DNA of 63,179 nt, filler included, from Lenisia limosa (lineage: Eukaryota > Protista > Breviatea), in the NCBI GenBank assembly GCA_001655205.1. It is 12 parts of 12 records of this genome, joined end to end, with 100 filler letters (N's around TTAATTAATTAA, not from the genome) between each part and the next. Parts side by side here need not be neighbours in the genome. Positions count along the whole stretch, not along the records: positions 30,014 to 41,987 come from LPNZ01007003.1; positions 42,088 to 47,657 come from LPNZ01011424.1; positions 47,758 to 48,997 come from LPNZ01009371.1; positions 49,098 to 55,713 come from LPNZ01011630.1; 8 more parts are not named here. The stretch is one strand, 5' to 3'. Positions within the stretch are counted from its first letter, which is position 1. Each line of letters begins with the position of its first letter. The position numbers and the translations under genes are program-made. Below the pieces are notes generated by a model. That model did no database searches and was not told where the DNA came from. It worked only from the letters and a program-made list of their open reading frames with translations. Positions 38,391 through 49,659 of this stretch are shown in pieces.

Positions 38391-40374
38391 AAGAAACAAA
38401 AGAGAGGATACACTGCAGATAAACTTATTTCACTGGATATATGTATCTCTGCTGTTTAATACGATCGCTTGCTCTCAGAGAAGGGAGCAAGCCAGTAATA
38501 ATAGCAACAAAGTAAACTCCCTCCAGACAAGGCGGTAAACAGATTTATATTTTAAACCCTGTTGCTCAAGAAAAGCAGCACTAGATAAAAATAAAACATC
38601 CTCAATATATATCTACAATAATGATTTACAGAGTAAATATTTTCAGAATGGATGCAGCCACCAACCAAAGAGCTTTACTGCACTCATTTTACTCTTTGTT
38701 CGGTCTCAATTACATCTGAATCTCAAGTGTAGCCCAGAACAGAAGGGTAGAGGGCAGATTTGTTTAATCAGTGTGCCACCCGTATTGTCAAATCTGAGTT
38801 TCCTTGTCGTTTCTCAATTATATAATGTGTAAATATAAATAAAGTACTACTATTGTCCCAACATGTGCTGCCAGCCAAAAATATATACCTTTTTAATCTT
38901 TAATAGCTGGGGGTATATCAACCCAAGAAATACTGTCATTGTTTTTTTCTCTTGCTTGAGAGACTTAGAGTTTTTTTGGTTGTTTGTTGTGAAACATTGG
39001 TGAAACACTTTAGAGCCTGGATACCAAATACATTAAATCAACTTGCCTCCATTACATTTACCAATATAGGTATTATTCTTCCTCGTCTTCGTGTTGTCAA
39101 ACTCCAAACCCCCAAAACCAGAAAAAAACATTTCCGCCGTCAATCAGGAGGAAGATTTAAGTAATTGTTTCTGTTTATTATGTAAAGAAAAAAACCAACA
39201 AAAAAAGGTTGACTGGAGTCAAGTTAATTATAACTGTATGATAGCCAACGGTTTTTGATTCTTCAATATTTTTTATGTGTGGTAAAATAAACAACTAGAC
39301 AAATAACAAATATACAAAAAGTAAAGAAGAATAAAAAAAGAAAAAGAAGAAGAAAAAAAAGAAGAAGAAAACAAAGAAGACAAAAAAAAAAGACAAAAAA
39401 GAAGAAGAAAAAAACAACTGCCAAACAATTGACCCCTCCCTAAATGTTGACCTTCGATACGCTAAATCTCACAGAGAAGTTGTTCTAATTTTCGGATATA
39501 TGTTAGACAAATCCTCTAGCTAAAAGATTAGCAAAAAAATTGGGGGTCAACGGTGGTAAATTACGACCCCCACCTAACAAAAAAAAAAAAAAAAAAAAAN
39601 NNNNNNNNNNNNNNNNNNNNNNNNNNNNNNNNNNNNNNNNNNNNNNNNNNNNNNNNNNNNNNNNNNNNNNAAAATTCCAATTCCAAACTCCAAAATTCCA
39701 ATTAGGATTTAGGTTAATTTTCGGTCTTTTTTTCACAGCTAAATTACAAATTTTGGAAAATTTTCATTGGAATTCTGATTCCAATTCCAATAAGGAGAGG
39801 CCAAAATTCCAATTGGAATTCTGGTTCGGTCCTAGTGGTATTAATCCAATATTTATCCATTGACGCTTTTCCAATTTCTATTTAACAAATTCTCTCTTAT
39901 TCAACTCTTACTAAGGAGTTTTCACTGAAGGAAGTCTTTTTGCACGCTCCGAAGAAGCATAAAAACAATGTGATGAGGAGTGTATTGGATATAAGACAAT
40001 TGAGGAAGACAAAACTATCACTTTAAAGGTCACCCTCAAGGGAGTTTAAGATATGTGAAAGGCAATCGACAACCTCCTTGTTTCGAGCAAGTTGACTCGG
40101 AGTTTTGCCCTAAAAATTTAAAGGTTGCCGCCAAAAAGACAATGTCCTGTATAGGAACATAATAAGAGCAATATGGTGACGAAAATATGAAGCAATTAAC
40201 ACTTACAGAACCTTATTTCCAAAAAAAAAAAAAACAACGTAGANNNNNNNNNNNNNNNNNNNNNNNNNNNNNNNNNNNNNNNNNNNNNNNNNNNNNNNNN
40301 NNNNNNNNNNNNNNNNNNNNNNNNNNNNNNNNNNNNNNNNNAATACCAAAAAAAAAAAAACAGGATTAACATAC

Positions 40375-41640
40375 GTTTTTATCAGTAGCGTAAAAATCAT
40401 CCGCAGTCCACGTGTGCCCATAAATGAGCTTAACATCGCCATATTGTGAGAGAACATGCAGTAATGTTGTCCCCTAAACAAAACAAATAAGAAAATAATT
40501 CACACTCTCCATATGATAATATAGCTGTATATAATTCTGTATGTACATAGAATAGATACTATCAGAATGGGGGCAATAAAGTATTGGAACATATCGATAT
40601 GAGGTAACTAGTTTCTGTTTAAGGTTAAACATAATGTTGATCTGTTATAGATGAATATTTAAGTGCTCCCAACGCATCACATTATATAACCCTCAGCACC
40701 TCCCCAGTCATACCCCCCCTTTGTTTTGATGTAGAACTTTGTAAATATTGAACTACTTGGGAATACTAAATGTATATATATAATGCTGTGTTATTTATGC
40801 CAAATTCATTCTAATTTGGGACAGTAGGGAAGCCAAAAATGTAACAATCCAACCTCTTGACGCAAGTGCACAGTTAAGTTTCTCTAAACTAGTGAAAATC
40901 TTACAGAATAATATTTATCGAACCAAAAAAAAAAATACTAGTATAATAATCATGCAATATGCAGAAATGACAAAAAAAAAAGGGGGGGGGGTATCACACC
41001 ATCACGTTTTTTTGGTATATCATATCATACTCCCCAGCATACATAAAGCATTCACAAAAGAAAAGACAAGTTAGAGGGGGTATTAATAAATAGATAAATA
41101 GCATTGAAAATACCCAGCTAACCAATAGTTCTTCTGGATTAACAAAGTTCATCTACAGAGTGTTAAGCTAACCTCCGAAATGGTTGTTGGTAAACAAAAT
41201 ATCAATATGAGAGTATTTCAAACAGTCTATAAAAAAGTAAATAGATAAGTCAACATTAGCAAAACATGTATGATGGGTATGACTTGATTTTTGCCAATCA
41301 TCCAACTTACTAATAATACAATGCTTATATAGGTTGTTGCAAAAACAAGGAGGTCCATTTGTACTTGGTTCAAGTTTTTAAAGAGTTGGGAAATAAAATT
41401 GTGGGGGTTAAACTTTAATGAAATCTGAAGAGCATCTAGAACTTCTTCTGGCCATACACTGGCGGAGTAGTTGTCCTACATCATAAGCGCAGAGAGGAAC
41501 AAAAATCCCAATTATATATAATTGCTTTTCTTGTGTTCCAAAGTTAAATAATAATTCATCTATGTTCCCGAGGGGATATGGCATTCCAGGATTTCCGTAG
41601 TTGTTTTAAGGAGGTTCCGATAGATGAACGAGGCATAGCC
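40375..41640 (-). CDS. Hypothetical multi-exon protein with one ankyrin-like motif
   Basis: Exons DNYSASVWPEEVLDALQISLKFNPHNFISQLF.. and GTTLLHVLSQYGDVKLI; model incomplete. Confidence 0.35.
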
Positions 41641-41791
41641 AAGTGAGAATCGAGGAACAAAATAACCAAGGAAATCCTATCATATATACACGATGAAATA
41701 TGATAAATGTCATAATTTTTCATCATAGTATACGACATTCCGATGACATGTCACCCCATATCTCTCACCCTTCTTACCCCCTTTATATATA

Positions 41792-41869
41792 CAGTGACAG
41801 GGATAAGTCTTGACTGATTTACTATGGATTACCCTCATGAAAATCGGTCAAGACTTATCCCGGTCATTG
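41792..41869. mobile_element. MITE family B, best copy, TA duplication on both sides (Tc1/mariner-type CAGTG ends)
   Basis: ta|cagtgacagggataagtcttgac...gtcaagacttatcccggtcattg|ta. Confidence 0.85.
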
Positions 41870-43699
41870 TATATCATCTGATAAAAAATAACATATAATA
41901 TGATATAAGATATAGCTATACATGTAGTGTATGATATGTATTATCTATGTACGTAATACTGTATATTATTATCGATATATAGTATGANNNNNNNNNNNNN
42001 NNNNNNNNNNNNNNNNNNNNNNNNNNNNNNNTTAATTAATTAANNNNNNNNNNNNNNNNNNNNNNNNNNNNNNNNNNNNNNNNNNNNAAGATGAAAAGAT
42101 TCTTCAGGTTTCCCCCAGAGATTCTCCTATCCGATAAATGCATGTGCGCATGCGTCCATCCTCATTTTCATTTGTTAGGCAGGAGGCATGGCAGGCATCA
42201 TACCTTTTCTTCTGGTGGTTGTTGGGTGAGTGGGTGTTCTGCTTGTTCTTCTATTCTAATACACCTCCAATTAGTTTAAATGGGGGGCAGGGGGAGGGGG
42301 TGCGCAATTAGAGTGGCAGGGGTGCGCAATTCTTGTGAGTAACANNNNNNNNNNNNNNNNNNNNNNNNNNNNNNNNNNNNNNNNNNNNNNNNNNNNNNNN
42401 NNNNNNNNNNNNNGATCATGAGAGATCATGAGAGATCATAAAAGAACAGAGATCATGTCTACTCCACCTGATTAAGCACCCCTTAGGCACCCCTTGGGTT
42501 GGGCCCAACGTACTTAACGACTTGCCAACGAACCAAAACAACAGAGACCAGTCAGACTAACTAAGTTATTGAGAAATGTATGCTCCCTGAACTAGAAAGA
42601 ATTGACCTGGAAAATGACATTTTGGCTTAATTTTGTATATTCTGTTGTCAATAAAAAGCCAACTCAGATACATTTTTTTCTTAAATCTTCTGAATCCAGT
42701 GCTGCCATTGTTTCTCTAATTTTTTTACAATTAATTACTGTTTCTAACGGTGTTTGTTTTGTGAATCCTGGTTCTTACCTATCTGGATCATGTTTCTTCT
42801 CTGCCCAATTTTTTGCAAATCAAAAGCTGGTTGATATGGAAATTGAGTCATTGAATAATCACAAAATGATCTTCAACTCTAAACAATTCAATTGCGGTTG
42901 CATTTTTTCAGTCTTACCATGCTTGAATAACGTGTAATTATATCTAAATACATTTTGAGCGTTGTTATTGACTTTGGTATCTGGTTAAAACAAACTCTCG
43001 CCTGACTCTCCCTCTTTTACAAGCATTACAAAAGAAAGAGGAGTTAAGTAGGTACAACATGTTGTGTGATCGAGCAAACGCAGGGTGGTTCACCCCTCAC
43101 TTTTTTTTCTCTTCTTTTTGGCCTTATTTTTGCGTTTTGCATTTCTTTATTTGACGTCTTCTTTTAATAGCAAATATCTGGAAGTTTCAAAACGCGGGGA
43201 TAGAGAAAATACCCAGTATGCCATGGCTGAGAATAAGCAGCAACAGATGAAGACATGAGATTAATGAATAACTCTGTTGGAATCAATGTTAGAAGGTATA
43301 CAGGTGAGAAGGCTTCTTAGAGTTTGATTCTCTTCTAGTTTCTCGTCATTGAGCTCTTCTTCTCTCTCTTCTATGTCTGAAATACTGTATTTATACAGAT
43401 AAATATTGTACTTTTTAGAAGATTTGATCCTATAACACTTACACAGATGAGTATGAGAAACAACTTCAATTTAGAAACTAAAATTTAGGGGTTTTTGGTT
43501 TTATTTTTCTTTCCAGATTATGATGTCTTTTGATAATATGTAGGTGTTGTTGAAATCCCGCAAAGCTATTTCTTTTGTTTCTTGTTTGCTCGTAGTATTA
43601 GCTATAGGTCTAATGTGTTATGATATGATTTAATGATATATAATATTACCATAACCTATTTTTTTATTGCTCTATATTGAAATGTATACAATGTATACA

Positions 43700-44378
43700 A
43701 TGTATACAATCTATTGTTCAGACAAAATGCTGTCTTGCAACTTTCACTCGGTACATTCCTGATATTCAACATTTTGAAAACATCACAGATGAACTGTCAT
43801 TTCCAGATATTCACCCCCAAGTATTCAAGAGGGCATTTGATAGATATATAGAAGGTTTGGATGTATGACTTCATCTCATATTCAGGAAAGCCCGTTTACA
43901 ACATTATTCCTGGACCTATCTCCAAAATCAAAGACATTCACTCAGTAAGCTTTTTTTTGTTTTTGTTTATCCTTTAGAAAGGCTTACATATTGATCATAA
44001 AATTGTTACTCATCTTGCAAAGCAGAATGGAGTTTCAGTTTCCAGAAGTACAGCTTATACTCTCCTCAATGAATCAATCGAAAATTCATCAATGGATATG
44101 AACCGACAGAGGAAATGTCAGGTAAGACCCATTTATTTATGATCACATTGTTTTAGGTGGAGTTCTTTAACGGGCGGGTATATAATCCATTAATACGAGC
44201 AATGAAGTACATCAAACATGCCTGTGAAAGCTTTGATGGCATTGAAGCCGATGAAAAAGCAGTGAACGAATGGAAGTTCTTTTTTGCGAGAGAATCAATT
44301 GTCTCCAACTATATGTCAGTTTGTAGGCTAATTTCCGATAAGTGTCCCAGCAACGGTATACCTCATCTTTGTTTTTGA
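43700..44378 (+). CDS. Spliced hypothetical protein with a transposase-like HTH segment
   Basis: Exons ..FPDIHPQVFKRAFDRYIE|GKPVYNIIPGPISKIKDIHS|..HKIVTHLAKQNGVSVSRSTAYTLLNE..KCQ|VEFFNGRVYNPL..HLCF*. Confidence 0.4.
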
Positions 44379-44379
44379 C

Positions 44380-45340
44380 TCACCAAACAGACCCACACAT
44401 CAACATTACCAACAAGAATCCCAAATACCAAGAAGAATAAGAGGCACAGCTAGAAAGTAAATTTGAACATATAAAGACATACCTCTGGTGACAGATGGAT
44501 GTTATGGCATCCGTCATTTCTAAACACGCATTCGATGGACAACTCGAAAGTTCCACCGATTTCCTCCTTTGGGCTTGAATATAAGTCGGAATAGAGAACA
44601 TGGCAGGTCGTGAAACACCACCACATTTATACAAGGATTCTGCATCTCCTTCAATAACTTCAACTGACGGGGAGATTACGTTAGGGTCACTTCCAGGATC
44701 ATCAAACTCGGCTCCCCAGCCATCTATTCTTTCTAAAACAGATTTGAACCAAATTCCAGTACAGGGTGCATGGTGGCGAGCTCGGTCTTCTTCCTTACTC
44801 ATCTCTGCAGCTTTTTCGGTAATGTCATCACCTCCAAGGATATAGTGGCTTGTAACCATTTCACCTGCAAGAGATAAGACAGTGAGGCAGGACACGCGAG
44901 GATTTCCATCAAATTCACTGAAGAACTTGCCCATGAACGCGGTCTCATCAGAGAAGAGAACTCGACTTGGAGAAATAGCAACATTGGGGGTAGATTCCAA
45001 ATAGGCTTTTGAGAGAGTTCGAACAGCTTTCATAGCACGTTGATGTTGCGAGTTTTCAACAATTGTTTCAATTGACTCAAGAATTGATTTCACAGAAAAA
45101 CTTTCCATTCCACAGCTTCGAACTTCTTCCAAGATAGGTGACAGTTGCTTTGAAAGGAACCTCTTTGACATCGCAGCACTTGCAGGTGAGACACAGATTA
45201 TTTTGTACCCTTATATTTAGTCCAATGACTCCTTTGTCCATGCCCATATGAAGAGGAGAATGGTGGAAAAGCCCCGTGAGCTTCGCTGTGTTGATGGAGA
45301 CAAGTTTGTGGGAAGTAATTGCTGTCCCATATTTCGTCTA
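44380..45340 (-). CDS. Divergent IS630/Tc1-like transposase-related ORF (263-aa open exon plus upstream exons, possibly to ~46133 or further)
   Basis: Contains SRVLFSDETAF (first-D motif), RVSCLTVLSLAG, and weak EDRARHH and SPSVEVIE analogues. Confidence 0.45.
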
Positions 45341-46137
45341 ATAGTATACACCATTTTTGATATAGTGTACATCTCCCTCCCCAATGGTTATTATTTAATG
45401 AGTCCTCCTCACGTTATTCACCCCACCCCACTTTAACCATAACGATAAGCCTTAAAATGTAAAGCATTACTCAGTAGAAACTTGCTGAAATAATGAGATG
45501 TGTTCTCTTCAGTATCAAAGGATGTCATCATTGCGTCAGTGAAGAAATGTGGCACTCATGGGAAGGCTTACCGTTTTGATGAATCCCCTGCCTCCGATGA
45601 CAAAGACTATCAAGAGAAGCTGTTTGCTGAAGAAAATATCATAGCCCCGCCAGGAACTCTCAACCTGTGCATCAATACTCCTACTGATATTAGTTTTCAA
45701 GAAAACGCCTCAAAACGCGAACAGGCCCAGGCTCGTTCTGACCTTGCTGAGTGCCCTATTTTGGAAAACCTTGATGATGAAGTCTCGGTGGCCAAACAAG
45801 CCTTTTCCACAACCGAGTACGGGATTAACTCCTGAGTTGTGTACACTCGCTTCATCAGGTGCTGTTGCTGCATTGACTCCAAATTCCCTCGACATCTGTG
45901 TGATGTCATATGCAAAGAGAGAGACCACAGAAATAACCACAAAAAAGGGGGATGGGGGATTTACCCCTGATCTTCCTCCTAATAACCTATCCCCAAACCC
46001 TCAGTCGTTGTGAGACCAATAGTCACCCAGAAGGTGTGGACTGATCTTGCCAGTGAGACATCTAGTGGTCCCAGTGCAATTGAGTCAAAGGCGTGAGTGC
46101 TTGCAAGAGTAGCATTCTCTTCAGAAATTCCACTAGC

Positions 46138-46506
46138 CAGGAACAGGACAATGATCCTAAGCATACTGCTAAGGTCAGTTTGTGTTGAAAAAGATGATCC
46201 TACACAGTTTTCAAATGATTTTAATTTTTTTAGATCTGTTTGAAATACTTCAATGATTCTCCGTATACTCTACTTGAATGGCCGGCTCAAAGTCCCGACC
46301 TCAACTCCATTGAGCATGCATGGCAACTGCTTGATAACAAACTTCGTGCCTCGAATGTTAAACCGAGCTCTGAATCCGATATGATGGAAAAATTGCAAAC
46401 TGCTTGGTCTCAAATTACCTCAGATGAGATAAGAAACCTCATTGATTCAATGCCAAGACGCTGCCAGGCTGTGATCAACGCCAAGGGCGGGCCAACGAAA
46501 TATTAG
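46138..46506 (+). mobile_element. Tc1-family DD34E transposase, C-terminal half, with a spliceosomal intron (46174-46234)
   Basis: QDNDPKHTAK|ICLKYFNDSPYTLLEWPAQSPDLNSIEHAW..LIDSMPRRCQAVINAKGGPTKY*; 34 residues between D and E once the intron is removed. Confidence 0.92.
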
Positions 46507-47045
46507 ACTTGAAACTGGACGTGGAAGTATCACAATGGTTCGGAGACAGTTAAAACAGCTTGCAGAACTTTTTAATATAGACAGAAACCGTCAAATGGAT
46601 ACACAGGTATGTTGAAATAGAATCTAAAAGATGTAGCCTGAGAACTGCATTCCATGTTGCAGGACTTGGAAATCGGGAAACAGACTAATGAGAGCTATTT
46701 TTTCAATGTTTAACAGGTGAAATCTTTTGACATCGCCAAAAAAACAAAGAGGCAGTCCGTTGTTATTTGACAGAGATGGCAAAAGAAGCTCTTGTTGTTT
46801 GAATTTTGAAGGTGTATCATCATCTGATGGGTAAAGAGACATCAAAATGGTAAAACAAAAAAAAGCCTTTTCTCACCTTGATTATTTGTGTACTTGAGCC
46901 AAGCTTAGAAAATGCCGCTAATGGAGGTGCTGGATCAATCTATTTCAAATAAATTCAAAAGAATAAGAAAATTGGGACAGATTGCACATATAAAGACATA
47001 AAAAAAAGAAGATTTTCCCAACAAAACAATTGCTCAAAAAATAGA

Positions 47046-47117
47046 GGCTCTGTCAGGATTCGAACTTGCACTTCTAGATCCACAAGCAGTATGTCTACCC
47101 ACTAGGTTACGCGTCAC
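47046..47117 (-). pseudogene. Degenerate tRNA-like sequence (possibly His-GTG derived)
   Basis: 72 nt with A-box-like TAACCTAGTGG, TTGTGGA in the anticodon position and B-box GTTCGAATCC; acceptor and anticodon stems do not pair. Confidence 0.45.
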
Positions 47118-47302
47118 TTTGTTTTCTGATTCAAAAAGGGAATCCAAGCAAAAGGGACTCTATGAAAAACGGAATTCCTGAGGGTCACATGGCTGCAGCA
47201 CATCTGAAGGAAATGGTCAAAATATTGAAAGTTCAATTTCATACAAGGCAGTTAACATCATAGCTTTTCCAATCGCTAATTCAATAGAACTGCACAAAAG
47301 AT

Positions 47303-47656
47303 AAAATAAAGTACTTCAGGAAGGTCACCATCAGCAGTCATCACCTAAAACACCTTACCTCGAAAGAAGGCTTGACCTGTCGATGAAGGATCTTGTGGAG
47401 GTAGTGCTCTTTGTTCATAATGCAATTGATTTGGTAGAGCTTCCCAACTCCTCCTTTGCCAATGGCACCCCAGACAAGAACTCGCCCCCCCCATGCTTCA
47501 CAGTTGGTACAATATGCTCAACATCCCATGCAGTACCTTCCTTCCTTTAAACACGAGCATTGCCATCAGGCTTGAACACTTTGATTCATCAGTCCATATG
47601 ACACGGTACCATTTTGAAAGCGGCCAATTCAATCTTTCTGTTGCCCACTTTAGTCG
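47303..47656 (-). pseudogene. Tc1 transposase middle part (first-D region), frameshifted, cut by the segment end
   Basis: RLKWATERLNWPLSKWYRVIWTDESK..PDGNARV*RKEG..PTVKHGG.RVLVWGAIGKGGVGKLYQINCIMNKEHYLHKIL..VKPSFE. Confidence 0.9.
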
Positions 47657-47757
47657 ANNNNNNNNNNNNNNNNNNNNNNNNNNNNNNNNNNNNNNNNNNN
47701 NTTAATTAATTAANNNNNNNNNNNNNNNNNNNNNNNNNNNNNNNNNNNNNNNNNNNN

Positions 47758-48997
47758 GGGAACAGTGCAGACGTTGTCAATGCACTCCTCACCCTCAGGA
47801 CAGCAGTTGTCACCGCATTCAGTGAATTGCTCTTTGCACTTACAGAAATAAACCTTTTCATATCCAACCATCTTGTTAGCGCAGTCTTGATCAGCATCAC
47901 GGCAGCAGAGTTCCTCCTCAACAGGACCACAAAGAGTGGTACCAGTAGGGCAGGTAGACTGGGGAGGAACACAGATACCATCAACGCAAATCTCATTCTT
48001 TTGGCAGCAGTTATCACCACAAGTCAGAAGACAATCACGGCAGCGACAGTAATATTTCTTTTGATAGTGCTCAATTTTGTACACACAAACTTCATCAGCA
48101 AGACGACAGCAGAGTTCAAGTTCCTCAGGACCACACTGGAATGATTCGTAAACAGGGCAAGTGACTTGAGGAGGAACGCATTCTCCATCATTGCAACCGA
48201 AGCCAGGTTTGCAGCAGTTGTCCTCGCAGGTAATAAGGCCTGGTTTGCACTGGCATGAATATTCCTTTCTGTAACCCACTACGATAAAGTCACATTCTTG
48301 GTCAAGCTCACGGCAACAAAGCTCCATCTCATCAGGTCCACATTGAATTGTGCCAGTGGGACAGACCTTCTGGGGAACAGAGCAGACGTTGTCAATGCAC
48401 TCCTCACCAGGAGGGCAGCACTTGTCACCGCAGGTGGTGAACTCCTCCTTGCAGACGCACTTGTAGATCTTGTTGTAGCCTACAATAGAACTGTGACAAT
48501 CCTGGTCGGCATCACGGCAGCAAAGTTCCATTTCTTCTGGACCGCAAATATGGGTGCCTGTGGGACAGGTCTTCTGGGGAACAGAGCAGACGTTGTCAAT
48601 GCACTCCTCACCAGGAGGGCAGCACTTGTCACCGCAAGTAGTGTATTGATCCTTGCAGACGCACTTGAAGATCTTGCTGTAACCGGAAAGGGTATAGGTA
48701 CAATCTTGGTCAGCATCACGGCAGCAGAGTTCAATGTCTTCTGGACCGCAAATATGGGTGCCAGTAGGGCAGGTCTTCTGGGGAACAGAGCAAACGTTGT
48801 CAATGCACTCCTCACCAGGAGGGCAGCACTTGTCACCGCAAGTAGTGTATTGATCCTTGCAGACGCACTTGTAAACCTTGCTGTAGCCAGAAAGAGTCCA
48901 CACACAATCTTGGTCAGCATCACGGCAGCAGAGTTCCATGTCTTCTGGACCGCAAATATGGGTGCCAGTAGGGCAGGTCTTCTGGGGAACAGAGCAA
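47758..48997 (-). CDS. Cysteine-rich tandem-repeat protein (68-aa / ~204-bp unit, 12 Cys, ~6 copies), open at both ends
   Basis: Stop-free across the whole segment; unit CPTGTHICGPEDIELCCRDADQDC...KCVCKDQYTTCGDKCCPPGEECIDNVCSVPQKT. Confidence 0.92.
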
Positions 48998-49659
48998 NNN
49001 NNNNNNNNNNNNNNNNNNNNNNNNNNNNNNNNNNNNNNNNNTTAATTAATTAANNNNNNNNNNNNNNNNNNNNNNNNNNNNNNNNNNNNNNNNNNNNCCA
49101 GCCAAGCTCACTGTTCCTGCTCCTCCTCCACCAAGAGTCCAGCTAGAGAGTTAGTAAAATCGAAGAGTTAGAATCGAGGAGTGAAAATCGAGGAGTGAAA
49201 ATCGAGGAATGAAAATCGAGGAGTTGGCTAAAATCTCGAGGAGTTAGTGACAACCCTTACTATTAAAATAATACCTGACCAAAAAGACTATAAAACCGTC
49301 CCGGCCGATTTGTTATGTGATTACACAAGGAAAATAGGTCAAGACTTAACCAGTTAGTGGTTCTTGGCCGCTGAGGGTTTGAAACTGTTTCGACACAGAA
49401 ATTCGACGACGTATCTTGATTAAAATCAGTTCCATTAGCCTCCTTTAACACCTTTTCCTGNNNNNNNNNNNNNNNNNNNNNNNNNNNNNNNNNNNNNNNN
49501 NNNNNNNNNNNNNNNNNNNNTTCCAACCCCCTGCAGCCCTTCCAACCCCCTGCAGCCAAGTGGCCTGATGGTCTACCTCATACACTAGATATGTATAAAA
49601 TGACCCCCCACACAAATCACAAAATCCAATCCCAAAAATTACTCAATTTACCTCTATTT

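Noticed and set aside
48298-49053. 251-aa plus-strand and other overlapping ORFs over the Cys-rich gene
   Set aside because: Shadow frames of the repetitive minus-strand CDS.
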